This document shows positions 24,082-38,700 of a DNA stretch of 64,000 nucleotides, in pieces. Under the pieces are notes generated by a model that worked only from the letters and a program-made list of their open reading frames with translations, was not told the DNA's origin and searched no databases. Made by a program: the position numbers and the translations under genes. The stretch lies in assembly GCA_951406725.2 (NCBI GenBank), contig OX597816.1, positions 74,400,001 through 74,464,000 of the forward strand. Reading direction: 5' to 3'. The stretch comes from Octopus vulgaris (Eukaryota). How positions within the stretch are numbered: position 1 is the stretch's first letter; each line of letters begins with the position of its first letter.

Positions 24082-24793
24082 GTATGTATACACACACACA
24101 CATAAACACTTATATATACATGTATATGAGTCTGCTGTGATGATTCTAAAATACAACATTTAAAACCTAACTGTATGTCTTTTTTTCTACCCCTCTGAAG
24201 AGATTTGGCCTAATATAATGATTTTAATAATTGCTATTTAATCTATTAGGCTTAATTGAAACAGCTGTAAGGGAATATGTTTGATTTTTGCAGATAATGA
24301 ATTTTTATTAAATGCTATATCTCCATTTGCTTACTTTCTTTTGAATAATTATAAACCATGAATTATATATTGTTTTATGAATATTATTGTTCACAACAGA
24401 TATTAGGTATTGAACCAGTAACTCATTGGATGATATCATCCTTTAATGAGGCTAATTCAATGTCTAATTGAATAATGTGTGTGTGTGTGTATACACACAC
24501 ACATTCAGGAATTGAACCTCCTTACGATATTCCCTGAGAGTTCATGGTATGAAATTCGTTGTCATTGCTCCAATTTGGTCACCAATGTCATGTATTTAGT
24601 TTAAATGCAGTAAAAATAGGGTGGGGTCAGTGGTGCCCCAATTAGGTGATCCTTAAATATATAGACCCCTTTAGGACATTCCCTGGGATTAGGGGAGCTG
24701 CTGGTTCGAGTTTCGGTCTAGGAGGAGTTAACGAACATAAAAACGTAATGGACAGAGAAACCTTACTCCAATTTATATTAATATATATATATC

Positions 24794-25244
<451 letters not shown>

Positions 25245-25426
25245 TGAAATTCATGCAGGCATAGCGTGGATTCAATCCTCGATTGCCAAATTTCACTTAA
25301 CCGTTCAACAGCGCTTTTCTCACAGTAAAACAATAGTTTTACTGTTCTCACAGTAACACAATAGTTTTACTGTGAGTGACAGCAGTTACATTTGTCAGAT
25401 ACCATCGCTAAGCAGAATAATGACTA

Positions 25427-25980
25427 TGTAACTTGACCCTTCTAACTTCTTCTAGGTTACCTAAAGCTAGAATAGAGATAGCTGACCGCCAACGAAATCT
25501 ATAGTTCTCAACAATATGTCTATCCTTCTGGCTGGTTTTAGATTGTTATAAATACTAGAATTTGGCAAGGCAAAATTAGTTAGTAAACGGACAACTAGAG
25601 TCATAGTTACAAGCAGGCAGCCACTAAAGACAAACGGCCAGAGGGAGAAAGAAGGCTACAACCAGCCAACTATGAGACACAACTTATCTCGACTCTATAA
25701 CTTTCACTAACTCACTTTTTTCTCTCTGTAACATTACTATATCTCTACTATATCTCTGTAACATTGCTATATCTCTACAATGAGATCGTGTACACATACA
25801 CACCGACCGAAATTAACTCTGTTTACCTCGCATGCTTTTCCATTTACTAGTTTTACATACCAACCCGTCATGGTTTTGGATATATACAACGTAACGGTAA
25901 ATAAATATCTTTTTACAACTTCAGTCACTGTTCTTCTATCTTGCACTCTAGCAACCAACACCTTAACAACAACCATTACA
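25427..25980 (+). mobile_element. Gypsy-type LTR followed by tRNA-Trp-like primer binding site
   Basis: TGTAA...TTACA termini, internal TATAAATA and AATAAA, then at-TGGTGACCCCCGAC at 25983. Confidence 0.75.
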
Positions 25981-26136
25981 ATTGGTGACCCCCGACAGCA
26001 ACGAAGAGCTAACCGTTATGGTTAGTGACCCTCGACTTCAACTAAAAACATTTACCGATACAAATTGGTGACGACTCCGACGTTCCATCGTATTGTTTAC
26101 CAATTATTGTTTAACCGTTACAACTGGTGACTCTGT
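25971..26136 (+). repeat. Four interspaced LTR-end + PBS units
   Basis: aaccattaca-attggtgacccccgac / aaccgttatg-gttagtgaccctcgac / accgataca-aattggtgacgactccgac / aaccgttaca-actggtgactctg, separated by unique spacers. Confidence 0.65.
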
Positions 26137-26164
26137 CTAAAAAGAATTGCTGCCTTCTGATGCT

Positions 26165-26203
<39 letters not shown>

Positions 26204-26929
26204 AATATATATAAGAATGAGTGAATATTCAAAATAAATACCCGTAAAGATATTATTATCGGGGGAAAAATCTAAATAATTGATAATAACAATAACAATT
26301 ACATTAGTGGTAGCAAGCGATATTTGCTTTAAACAGCTGTACTATAAATTATTAATTATATATTAGAGAGTATAATATATATATACGGCAGGCTTCTTTT
26401 TCCATCTACCAAATCCACTCGCAAGAAGATACTGATCCAAAGTTCCACGCAGTGCGACTGAACCCGGAACCATATGATTGGGAAACAAGTGTCTCACAAC
26501 AGCTTCGCCTGCGCCAACAAAGATTATTCTTGGGAAGTAGAATGTCTGTAAGAATATTTTAAAATTATGCTACATTCTTTTTCTATATCAGAGAATTTAA
26601 AGTTCTTTTGTCTTTAATTAACCTTGTTGTTGTTAAGACTTTGGCAACTTCGTTTATAAGCAAATAAGGTGTTTTTCGATATAAGAACATTTCCTTGACG
26701 GTTTTGTTGTCGCTATGCCTGGGTATATACACATGAATATTTGATCGCACCGGTTGAATATCTTGCTTTCTCTAGCAGGCATATTCGTCTTAACGTTTGA
26801 GCTTATAGTGTAAATACAAATATTGAATTATGCCGTCCACCAGTTCCACGTAGTGATATCGGTTCCTGAAACAGCCTGGCTATATCGGAGAAGTCATGAT
26901 AACAAACTGTTAAGTCATCAATTCACATT

Positions 26930-27700
26930 GTGAAGCTCGTATACACAAGAACATATATAGTCCCATATACGTACACTCACACAGCTACATACACAAACAT
27001 ATTCACTCTCATATACACACAAATAAATACACATACTGACTTCTATATTTCGATACTCACATACGCACGCAAAACTATACGTACACACACCTGGATGCAC
27101 ACAAACTCACACATAGATACTGACACATGTAAATTTCAACACACATATAGATACTCATACGCACGCACACACACACACACACACAGATACACGTAAACAA
27201 ACATCTACACAAGCATATATTTGTATAAACACACATACACACGCACTTACTTCGATACATACAAACATACATATATATTTATATCCGATACACAAACACA
27301 CCCACAGACTATATCGATACACACACATACACACACTCCCTCTTTCTCAACTGATACAACAAACATACATATATATTTAGGTTGATACAATACACATACA
27401 CACACACTCTCTCTCTCCCTCTCTCTCAACTAGACACACACAAACTCACATACACACACACCACATATATGTATGTGTATATATAGTTTGATACGCGTAC
27501 ACAGTGACTAATGCACTTTTTGATACGCACACATTCAATTGAATACGCACAAACACACATATATAGATATATTTTGATATATGCATATACTCACACACAA
27601 ACACACACGTAGCTTTCGATACACGCACACACACACTGACGTTCGCACGCATACATCATAGGCACACACGCACGCACGCACATCACAGAACACACACGCG
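26930..27700. repeat. Degenerate CA/TA-rich low-complexity tract
   Basis: Visible directly. Confidence 0.85.
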
Positions 27701-28340
27701 CAGAAAGACAAAGAGCAAGCAGGCTATTCACCCGTTCAGCTGACTCTTACATGACGCTATTAACTGTGTCGTGCCGGTTGCATCGCAGTGATGTTATACA
27801 TCCGTACACTTATTACCCTTCTTCTTTGACACTACTAGAATTAATTTCGACTCTCTAAAGTCATTTTTTTCGACCTCCAAATCATATGTTTTGTCCTAGG
27901 ATTCCTATATTTGAACTGTGAGGAATCACCGAGAAGATGTCCCTTTTCAACATAGACCAGTCTTCTTAGGTCATTGCTTTGACCAAAATTGTTATTGTCG
28001 AACAATTTTTTTGTTTTTGTTTTTCGTGTTTTATGTCTGTTTTTATTTTTCGTCCTGTTTAGCGCCTCTCCAAACTGTCTACGTTCCATCTCTGAACGCC
28101 TTCTCTTTCGTTCAGAATTTCTCCAAGGGAAGCCTCTGCAGCTCTTATTAACAATACTGACCAAAATTTAATATTAACCGTCTACACTCATGCAAATATA
28201 CTTATATACATTCGTGTAACATACACGTATTCAAACAAACGCAAACAAGCGACTTTTTTTACTGGTAAGTAAAATATATTCTTATCGTTTTATATACGCA
28301 TATATATTCGCCTTCTCACTTTATTTTTATTCCTATTGTG

Positions 28341-28386
<46 letters not shown>

Positions 28387-28879
28387 AAGAAATAACGTGT
28401 ATATGCATGTATGTATGTATATATATATATATATATTTATATACACACACACACATATATTGAATGCTACGTGTATTTATACATTTATGCATATAATATT
28501 TGTATGTGTGAGCGTGCATGCATAAATATTACCATGATTGCTATCCAAATTAATAACCTTTAGATCAAAACTTAATTCTACAAATGAGAAATATACATAT
28601 ATTTGTCAATTCCTGATCCTGTCCCACCTTCATCACACACACGTACGCACACATACAGACACACACACACCTGGCGAATGTTTATATTTACATGTTTCTG
28701 TATAGATTCACCGATATACAACGCAATATGTGTATATATACACACGTATGCATTGTGCATGCAACAGTATGCAACAAACGAGTGAATGTGGACTGTTTCC
28801 CTATTGATTTAATATCGATTCTATTGGGCACGATCATTCTGATGGTTTTTGATTACATATTCAGCTGTTATTAAAACGA

Positions 28880-29150
28880 TGATGATTATGATGTTTGTGG
28901 GTCGAGGTGTCTATCGATGGATGCACCACATTTTGGTGCGGTGCCTGTCGTAGGTGGCAACGCAAAACAACAAAATTGATTCTCAACTGAGTTCGTTGTT
29001 AGCAATGACATTTGAACTTCGTCTCTTGTTTACGACTCTCCCCTTCTCATTTTCCTCCGCCTATTTCTTCTTCCCATCTCTGCCTCTCTCCCTCTCTCTC
29101 TCCGAGAGAAGTGGTGGCGACGGGGAAGTTATAAATGTGTACAAGTTATG
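28880..29150 (+). promoter_or_regulatory. Candidate promoter region with RFX X-box-like motifs
   Basis: Repeat-poor, CpG-retaining segment with gtggcaacg (~28954), gttgttagcaat (~28995) and a CT-rich tract. The link to the downstream gene is inferred. Confidence 0.3.
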
Positions 29151-30331
29151 TGTTCTTAGATGGTTCGATTATTTCAAACACTTGGAACCGACACATCGCT
29201 TGTTCGACCAGCTGACAATGGTAGCCAAATCTCCCTCAAATCGCTGCCTTCTGTCCTAACAAAAGACACGTTAAATAATGTAACCCTTGATTCACTGTCA
29301 CAAAAGATGACAGAGTGGTCTCTGCTGGAATACTTTGAATACTCTTTTGGTTGACTCAAATGGACTTGGGTCTTAACAACAGCCTCTGTCTGTCCCTGTG
29401 TGTGTGTTTGTGTGTGGCACTGCCTTGTACTATACTGTGTGTATACATGTCAGAGATAAGGGGGGAGAAACTACAAGGACTTTCCAGACTCCGACTGATG
29501 AAGAAATCGGCTGCAAATGATCCGTGTATCGTGTTTTTGTCCTGTTTACCGTTTGTTATACTATCGTCTATTTTCCTACATGTTGGGTTTTGATGGTTTC
29601 CGTTTGTTGTGCTCTTTCTGTTCTACCTTTGATTATTCCATGCTACACTCCGTACAACCTGTTGTTTACTTTATATATATATATGCCAACTCAGAAGAGT
29701 GCAGGGTTACATAAGCAGGCTGTAATCTAACATCCATAAAACCCCCAGTGTGAAACTGATTGCTAAGACTAGCCATAATAGATATATAATATTGTACACT
29801 TTGACCTGCTGGGCAAATTGCTTAGCGGTCATTCATCCATCCTTACATTCTGAGTTCAAATTCCATCAAGGCTGACTTTGCCCTTCATCCTTTTGGGGTT
29901 GATAAAAGAAGTACCAGTTGAACACTAGGGTCAATGTAATTGATTTATCTGTTTCTGGGTAAGAATATAAAAACTACAACCCTCTGCCAAGCCATGTTAA
30001 GTCAGTGTGGTAGTGCAGGCTCATCAAACCGGTATGATCTCAAGCTCAAATTCACAGCTTCCACATCAGACCATAGTTGGGTGGAGAGAACATGCTGAGG
30101 CCTTCGTTCTTCAGTGGACTGAACACAGGCAATTCAATCCAATCCTATCAAATATATATATCATCATCATTGTTTAGCGTCCGCTTTCCATGCTGGCATG
30201 GGTTGGACGGTGCAACTGGGGTCCAGGAAGCCAGAAGGCTGCACCAGGCCCAGTCTGATCTGGCAATGTTTCTACGGCTGGATGCCCTTCCTAACGCCGA
30301 ATATATATAAGAAAATAAAATCAGGAAAAAA

Positions 30332-30481
30332 TTATATCCTAAAAATTACAGTAGAGATATGCCCATAATATAAATAATACTGTATAAATAAATAAATATA
30401 TATACATTATACTTTATATATCTATCAATACAATATTATTTATATTATGGACATATCTCTACTGTGATTTTTATGATATAA
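30332..30481. repeat. Imperfect AT-rich fold-back inverted repeat between TA tracts
   Basis: aaaaattacagtagagatatgcccataata versus tattatggacatatctctactgtgattttt. Confidence 0.75.
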
Positions 30482-30828
30482 TTATGATATACTTTTACTC
30501 TCTAATATATACTTGCTCTTAAGGCAATAAGCTAGCAATAACATGCCAGGCAAAATGCTTAGCAGTATTTTGTCTATCTTTATGTTCTGAGTTTAAATTC
30601 TGCCGAGATTGACTTTGCCTTTCATCCTTCCAGGGTAGATCTAATCAACTGGTCCCATCCCCACAAATTTTGGGCCTTGTGCCTTAAGTAGAAAAGAATA
30701 GTATGTAATCACTCTAATTGAATCTCTAAATACCTTTAAGGTTTTAGACATTTCTCATATCAAGAGCACTTATCTGAAATCCAGCACACTTTCTTCTCAA
30801 AGGACATGTTGGATTAACTATATATATA

Positions 30829-31422
30829 TCTATACACATAAATGTGTAATGGCATCTGTCTGTGTGTGTGTGTTTGGAGTTACTCTAACTCCTCCCACAC
30901 CGTCCAACTGATTTTAATGATTTTTGGCACATAGGTAGATCACATGCCCTGAAGTTCAAATAAGGCTGGAATTTTTCAAAAACTCAATAATGCTCAGTTG
31001 GCATCGATTTTTGTGAGCTCAATTGGGTGTTTGAATGGAAATTCCCATAACGGTGTTATTTTTTCCTGCAGCTTTTGCATTTTTTTGTCCAATTTTGATG
31101 AAAATCGATGAGTGAGCAAGGCTTATGGCAGTGAGTTGACAAAAAAATCAATAATTGTGCCTGAGCAATGGTTTTATAAAATCAATAGGCTTTTTACATG
31201 CAAATACCCATAACTGTAACTTTTATATTATTCATGTGATTTTAATGAAATTTGAGATTTTGGTAAATTTTGTGGTAAGGGAGGTGGTAAAGGTTTTAAT
31301 TTAATTCCAGAGCTGGCATCAAGTAATGGACATGAACTGTAATCACATGTAAAATTTCAGTGGTTAGAGATGGCCTTAATTTCAATACAGAAAACACAAG
31401 CAATGTTGGATTCAACAGCTAG
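30829..31422 (+). mobile_element. Non-autonomous Helitron
   Basis: a|TC 5' end (tctatacacataaatg), (tg)n, and a 3' CTAG|t preceded by a degenerate hairpin. Inserted between A and T with no TSD. Confidence 0.7.
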
Positions 31423-31750
31423 TGTATGTATATATATATCACATGATCACGTGACCGACCAGACCATCAGATGTTGTTACACATCGCTGGTCACAATGCG
31501 TTTGCATTGTTTTAGCCTTCGAATGACGCCACCCCGCTGGCTAAGTGAGCATGGCCAACAGAAGAAAGAGTAGGAGAAAGAGTGGTGAAAGAGTACAGCA
31601 GGGATCACCACCCCCTGCCGGAGTCTCGTGGAGCTTTTAGGTGTTTTTGCTCAATAAACACTCACAACGCCCAGTCTGGGAATCGAAACCGCGAGTCTGC
31701 TGCCCTAACCACTTGGCCATTGCGCCTCCACATACATACATATATATATA

Positions 31751-32011
31751 TATATATTAAATAAAATAAGATAAGATAAGGCCAAGGCAATTTGATATTC
31801 TTAGAACATTTATAAATTGATTTATAAATGTCAAAGGAATATCAAATAACTTTGGCCTTGTTATCTTATTTTATTTAATATATACACGCTAACACATGAC
31901 CAGCCTTTGACTCTTCACTCCTGCTATTAATTAACTGGGAGCTTAACAGCAGTCCTTCCATAGCACTTACATAGCCTTGCCTGCCTTTTGGGTCTTCTGG
32001 ATACTAAAACA

Positions 32012-32016
<5 letters not shown>
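31751..32016 (+). mobile_element. Fold-back element in (TA)n: ~65-bp inverted repeat plus unique 3' extension
   Basis: tattaaataaaataagataa..aaggccaa..tttgatattc versus gaatatcaaa..ttggcctt..ttatcttattttatttaata, centred at ~31817. Confidence 0.7.
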
Positions 32017-32054
<38 letters not shown>

Positions 32055-32061
<7 letters not shown>

Positions 32062-32353
32062 AGCGGGATCAGCCATCTGAATGTGGCTAGGGACAGGGCG
32101 GGGTGGTGGGGGTGTTACTGATGCATTTAGCCCCAGGCGACTATAAACGTCACCAGAAGAGCCGACACCATCACGGTGTCCTTGCTAACCGTGATGGTGT
32201 CGGCTCTTCTGGTGACGTCTATAGTCGCCTGGGGCTAAATGCATCAGTAACACCCCCACCACCCCGCCCTGTCCCTAGCCACATTCAGATGGCTGATCCC
32301 GCTTATATTACAGAGCAGTTACTGTTTATACCTCGCTTAGAGATTTATTATTG

Positions 32354-32355
<2 letters not shown>
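32055..32355 (+). mobile_element. Young fold-back element in (TA)n: 123-bp near-perfect palindrome plus 3' extension
   Basis: Arms 32055-32177 and 32188-32310, one mismatch seen, 10-nt loop gtccttgcta. Confidence 0.9.
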
Positions 32356-32395
<40 letters not shown>

Positions 32396-33370
32396 TTTCA
32401 TTCTTTTATTTGTTTCAGTCATTTGACTGTGGCCATGCTAGAGCACTGTCTTTAGTTGAGCAAATCAACCCCAGGAACTTATTCTTTGTAAGCCTATTAC
32501 TTATTCTATAGGTGCCTTTTGCCAAACTGCTAAGTTATGGAGATGTAAACACCCCAGCATTGGTTGTCAAACGATGTTCACACACACACACTCGACAGGT
32601 TACTTTCAGTTTCCGTCTACCAAATCCACTCACAAGGCTTTGGTTGGCCCGAATAGTTGAAGACACTTGCCCAAGGTGTCACGCAGTGGGACTGAACCCA
32701 GAATTACGTGGTTGGTAAGCAAGCTACTTACCACACAGCCACTCCTACACCTATATATATACACCATCCCTTAATGAGTATAATCTAACCTCTAATTGAA
32801 TATTTATAAATATATAAATGATATCCAACTCTGACCAGCCTAAGAGTATATGTAACAATGATGAGGACATGCTTACAACACACGCATGCACAATGCCGAG
32901 CTGGCGTGTGAATAGCTAAAATCATATGTTCCTCTCTTTAAAAAGTAGTCCAATATATAGATACTGTTTAAATAAAGAGAAAATAAAACAATAGTCATAG
33001 ATGACATCTGCTAGGTCAAGGTAAACCAAAAATAAAAAAAAGTCACTAGAATGTCCTACTAACAAAACTAATCTGTTTTTGATAATCCACTTTCTGTCAT
33101 TTGTGGTTCTGTTGTTGTTGTTGCTAGTGGTGATGATGTTGATGTTATGCTTGGCATTGTTTTGTATTGTAAATTACAGAAATGCTTTTCAATTAAATCT
33201 CCTTGTCATGAGTTCAAATCCTACTAAATTCAACTTTATCTGTTAATCCTCTGGGTGAGGTGGGGGATCAAAAAAAAAAAAACTAAAAGAACTGATCTTG
33301 TTCTGAGTTGATTAAATTAATTATTTTCCTCCCACCACCCCACATTTATGGTTTTGTACTCATATCTGCA

Positions 33371-34215
<845 letters not shown>

Positions 34216-34719
34216 ACCTAATAACTAGATGGCAGAATCGTTAGGGCACTGGAAAATATCCTTGTGATATTTGTTCTGGTTTTATACATTCGGAGTTCAG
34301 ATTCCAACAAGATTAACTTTTCCTTTATCCTTTTGATGTCCATAAAATAGAGTACCAGAAGTACCAGGCAAGCACTAGGGTCAATGGTATAGGCTCATCC
34401 TCCGCCCTTCAAAACAGTAGCCTCGCTGCTTGTATGGCAGTAAAATGCACTCAATACACTGTGTAAAATGACTCTCAAATTAATGGAGACAATGGAATAT
34501 GTTTTAGAAATAGTTGACAGAAATCATAATCATAATCATCATCATGGTCATCGTTTAACGTCTGTTTTCCATGCTGTTATGGGTTGGACGGTTTGACTGG
34601 GGACTGGCAAGCCAGAAGGCTGCACCAGGTTCCAATCTGATCTGGCAAAGTTTCTACAACTGGATGCCCTTCCTCACACCAACCACTCCAAGACTGTAGT
34701 GGGTGGTTTTTACAGGCTA

Positions 34720-35235
34720 CCAGCACGGGAGCCAGTCAGGCAGCACTGGCAACAACCACGCTTGAATGGTGCTTTTGTGTGCCACTGGCATGGGGCCAGC
34801 CAGGCGGTACTGGCTCGAATGGTGCTTTTTATGTGCCACCAGAATGGGGGCCAGTCAGGCGGCACTGGCATCGACTACACTCAAACAGTGCTTTTTACAT
34901 ACCACCAGCATGGGGGCCAGTCGGGCAGCACTGACATCGACTACACTCGAATGGTGCTTTTTACATACCACTGGTACGGGTACCAGTCAGGTGGCACTGG
35001 CATCAACCATACACGAATAGTGCTTTTTACGGGTCACTGGCACAAGTGCCAGTCAGGTGGTACTGGCATCAATCATACATGAATAGTGCTTTTTACAGGC
35101 CACTGGCACAAGTGCCAGTCAGGTGGCACTGGCAACAACCACGCTCGAATGATGCATTTTATGTGCCACAAGCATGGGGACCAGTCAGGCAGCACTGGCA
35201 TCGACCACTCTTTAATGGTGCTTTCTACATGCCAC
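34720..35235 (-). repeat. ~57-60-bp minisatellite (~9 units) within RTE 3'UTR-derived repeat
   Basis: Unit ~ccagtcaggcggcactggcatcgaccacactcgaatggtgctttttacatgccactggcatgggg. Versions with 2-3 units at ~10410, 11780, 16200, 38310, 57630 and 60240. Confidence 0.85.
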
Positions 35236-35559
35236 CGTCCATGTTCCAGGCTGGCATGGGTTGGATAATTTGATAGGATCCAATGTATTTAAGAATGCCC
35301 TTCCTAATGCTAACCACTCAACAGTGTGGACCAGGTGTTTTTTTTCAAGCTACCTGCTCTATTGAGAACACTGTGCATCTCACAGAACTACGAACCCTTC
35401 ATGATGATGATGATGGTGGGGGATGAAGGGACTGAACTATGAGAAGTGGTGGGGAATAGGGGTGGCAGCAGTACAGGTTCTTGTAGTGATTCTTGTAGCG
35501 ACATTTAGTAAAGGAAGGGGAGAGAAGAGCAAATGAACAATGGCAGGTGCAGGAGATAG

Positions 35560-35739
35560 ATGGATAAAGCCATTCACCTTTGCTCTTGTTGCAGTTTATG
35601 ATGACACTGCTATGTCAGTCATTGGATATGACACCCTCCTGAATGACTTGAATAAATATCCTGGTGGTAATCTTGTATCCCACTTCAGATATTTTAAGCA
35701 TCTTTGCAACTATCCCTGATGGACCTGTGGATTTCCCTT

Positions 35740-35742
<3 letters not shown>
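35560..35742 (-). mobile_element. Internal RTE LINE fragment
   Basis: GKSTGPSGIVAKMLK...VIQEGVISND, the pre-RT region of RTE ORFs. Confidence 0.65.
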
Positions 35743-35791
<49 letters not shown>

Positions 35792-38700
35792 ATGCACTTA
35801 TGTGAGCGTGGGTTCAGTCCCACTGCGTGGCACCTTGGGAAAGTGTCTTCTACTGTAGCCTCGGGCCGACCAAAGCCTTCTGAGTGAATTTGGTAGACGG
35901 AAACTCAAAGAAGCCCGTTGTATATATGTATATATATATGTGTGTGTGCGTGTATGTTTGTGTGTCTGTGTTTGTCCCCCTAGCATTGCTTGACAACCGA
36001 TGTTGGTGTGTTTGTCCCCGTCACTTAGCGGTTTGGCAAAAAAGACTGATAAAATAAGTACTGGGCTTTCAAAGAATAAGTCCCAGGGTCGATTTGCTCA
36101 ACTAAAGGCGGTGGTCCAGCATGGCCGCAGTCAAATGATTGAAACAAGTAAAAGTAAGTATATATGTATGTATGTATGTGTGTGTGTGTGTGTTATTCTC
36201 ACCCTGTCTTGACATTGTGCATTTTCCAAATGCCTGTCACTGTCATGCAAGCAACGTCATTCATTTCCAATCTTCCATGAAAACATGTCTGGCCAGGGTG
36301 GGGGGAATATTACCTTACTTGGAAACAGGTGAAGGTTGGCAACAGGAAGGACATTCCACCATTAAACATTTGCCTCAGCGAATTCTGTCTGACCCATACA
36401 AGCAGGAAAACTGGACGTTAATTGATGATGATGTGCTTGAATTATCGTTCTCATCTAGCTTCAGTTCACACTGATTGAAACAATATATAGTGAAAGACAA
36501 TCCAACCATGATCATCACACTTTTCCAAGACGTGGTGTACCCAGGATTACATTATCCAAAGTATCATTCTTTTTTTTTTTTTCAAAGTCTTTATGGCAAG
36601 ATTTCACAATTATTTCTAGCAAGATTAGTAAACATCTAACGGATCCCTCAAGTTTGCCATCTTGAGAAACTGGCTTACATTTGATTGACATAGTATTAAT
36701 AGGATTTGAACTTAAAACTGTTAGACACTAGCAATACAATTTCTAGTTCAACATACAATTTCTAGTTCAAACACCATACATTGCCTCTGGTCTGTTGCCA
36801 CATATCCTCTCTTTTAACACCAGACATAAATTCTGGTCTAACACTGAACACTTTCTAGTCTACACAATGTACAACTTCTCATTAACTTTCCACTTTATCT
36901 CTGATAAAAACTAATAAGAAACTTCTATAATTAATAACATGGGAAATGTTTATAGTCACAGGTGCATCTGTGTGTATGGCTGTGAGTATGGCTGTGTACT
37001 AATAGTTGGCTTCCAAACCAAACACTTCTAGGTTCAGTTTTCTATAATAGAGGACTGAAGCCTTCTATATCATCTTCTACTATTGCCATGGACCAACCAA
37101 AGCTTTGTGAGTGGATTTGGGAGACAGAAACTGAAAGAAGCCCATCACATGTAATATGTATGAGTGTGTGTGTGTCTTTGTGTTTTTAACCCACCACCAT
37201 TTGACAGTCAGTATTGTTTTTATATCCTTGTTACTTAGCAGTTTGGCAAAAGCGACTGATGGGATAAATACCAAACTTATAAAAGAAAAAAAAAAGAAGT
37301 ACTGGGGTTCATTCATAAGTGGTGCCCCAGCATGGCTACAGTCCAATGACTGAAACATGTAAAATGCACATAGGGAACTGGCTTTGACTGGTAATCCAAA
37401 CTGGTTTAGAGCTTCCATTTGCTGGGTGCTCATCCTTTCATCAATAGTACATGGCTATTTCTCTTAACTGCCTCATTAAATACAGAGTGCTTTTTGTCCA
37501 TGTTTAATGAGGTAGAACTGAAGTGCTATATTTTTTATGATTCATTTCAAAGAGGAAGAGAGTCCATAAGATTGCAAGTCAGATAAAATTTCCTAAGTTA
37601 GTTGCTTTCCCCACTTTCTATGTTGTTCTGTTTAAGACACATGTACTCTACCAAAGTCATTCTGTAACTACTTTCACTCGATTTCTTATTCATAAGCCTT
37701 CTTCTTTTAAGTTGTGGTGATAGTCACAGGTGTGTCTGTGTGTTTAGGACCTTCACTTCTCAAGCATGTAGCTTTGCACTGGCTTTCAGTTTCAATAATT
37801 CTGCAATGAGTGCAACTGGAAGAAGCTCATCATTAAAAAGTTGTGTATGACAATGACACCCATTTACAACTGTCAAAGCAAGGAGACGCTCTTGTATGTA
37901 CACACCTAAGCACTCACATAGCCCCCAACCCCCACATATATCTGTATGTTTTACCACTGAGTTTTATTTAAGTTCTTGACAGAGTTTGAGCTGGTTGTTA
38001 ACAAAGTAACAAGACTTTTTGAGTCAAGAGAGTTCCCATGTTTGTAAACATATGGTTGAATTGGTGTGTTGGTTGGACTGTCAATACATCCACCCGAGTG
38101 TGTGTATCTATTCACCTAAAGAATATCAGCTGGAAAATCTTTAGAGTGTCTTACAGATCTTCACTGTGCCACTAATAGATTGGGTTTGGAGAATCTACAT
38201 CAGTTTTTCTTGCTCTTTCTTTGAAATATATGTATTGGCCCATTTAAAAGTACCCTTCAATCATCTGCAATATGCTGTGCTTGAAATTGTTGTTGTGACT
38301 GATGCCTGTGCCACCTGACTGGCACCTGTGCTGGTGGCATGTAAAAAGCACCATTTGAGTGTGGCCAATGCCAGTACTGCCTGACTGGCTCCCATGCTAG
38401 TGGCACATAAAAAGCACTCACTATACTCTTGGGATGGTTGGTGCTAGGAAGGGCATCCAGCTGTAGAAACTTCACCAGATCAGATTGGAGCCTCATGCAG
38501 CCTCCCAGCTTACTAGTCCTCAGTCAAAGCATCCAACCCATGCCAGCATGGAAAGTGGACGTTAAACGATGATGATGATGGTGTATATACAATGGGCTTC
38601 TAGCTTCTGTTTACAAAATCCATTCACAAGGCTTTGGTTGACCCATGACTATTATAGATAACACTTACCCAAGGTGGCATATAGTTGGACTGAACTTGAA

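Noticed and set aside
25971-26136. CRISPR array
   Set aside because: Eukaryotic context, no cas genes, degenerate repeats that match the LTR end plus PBS, and irregular spacers.
27841-28164. 107-aa basic ORF on the minus strand
   Set aside because: Non-ATG start, low complexity from T-runs, and no recognisable homology.
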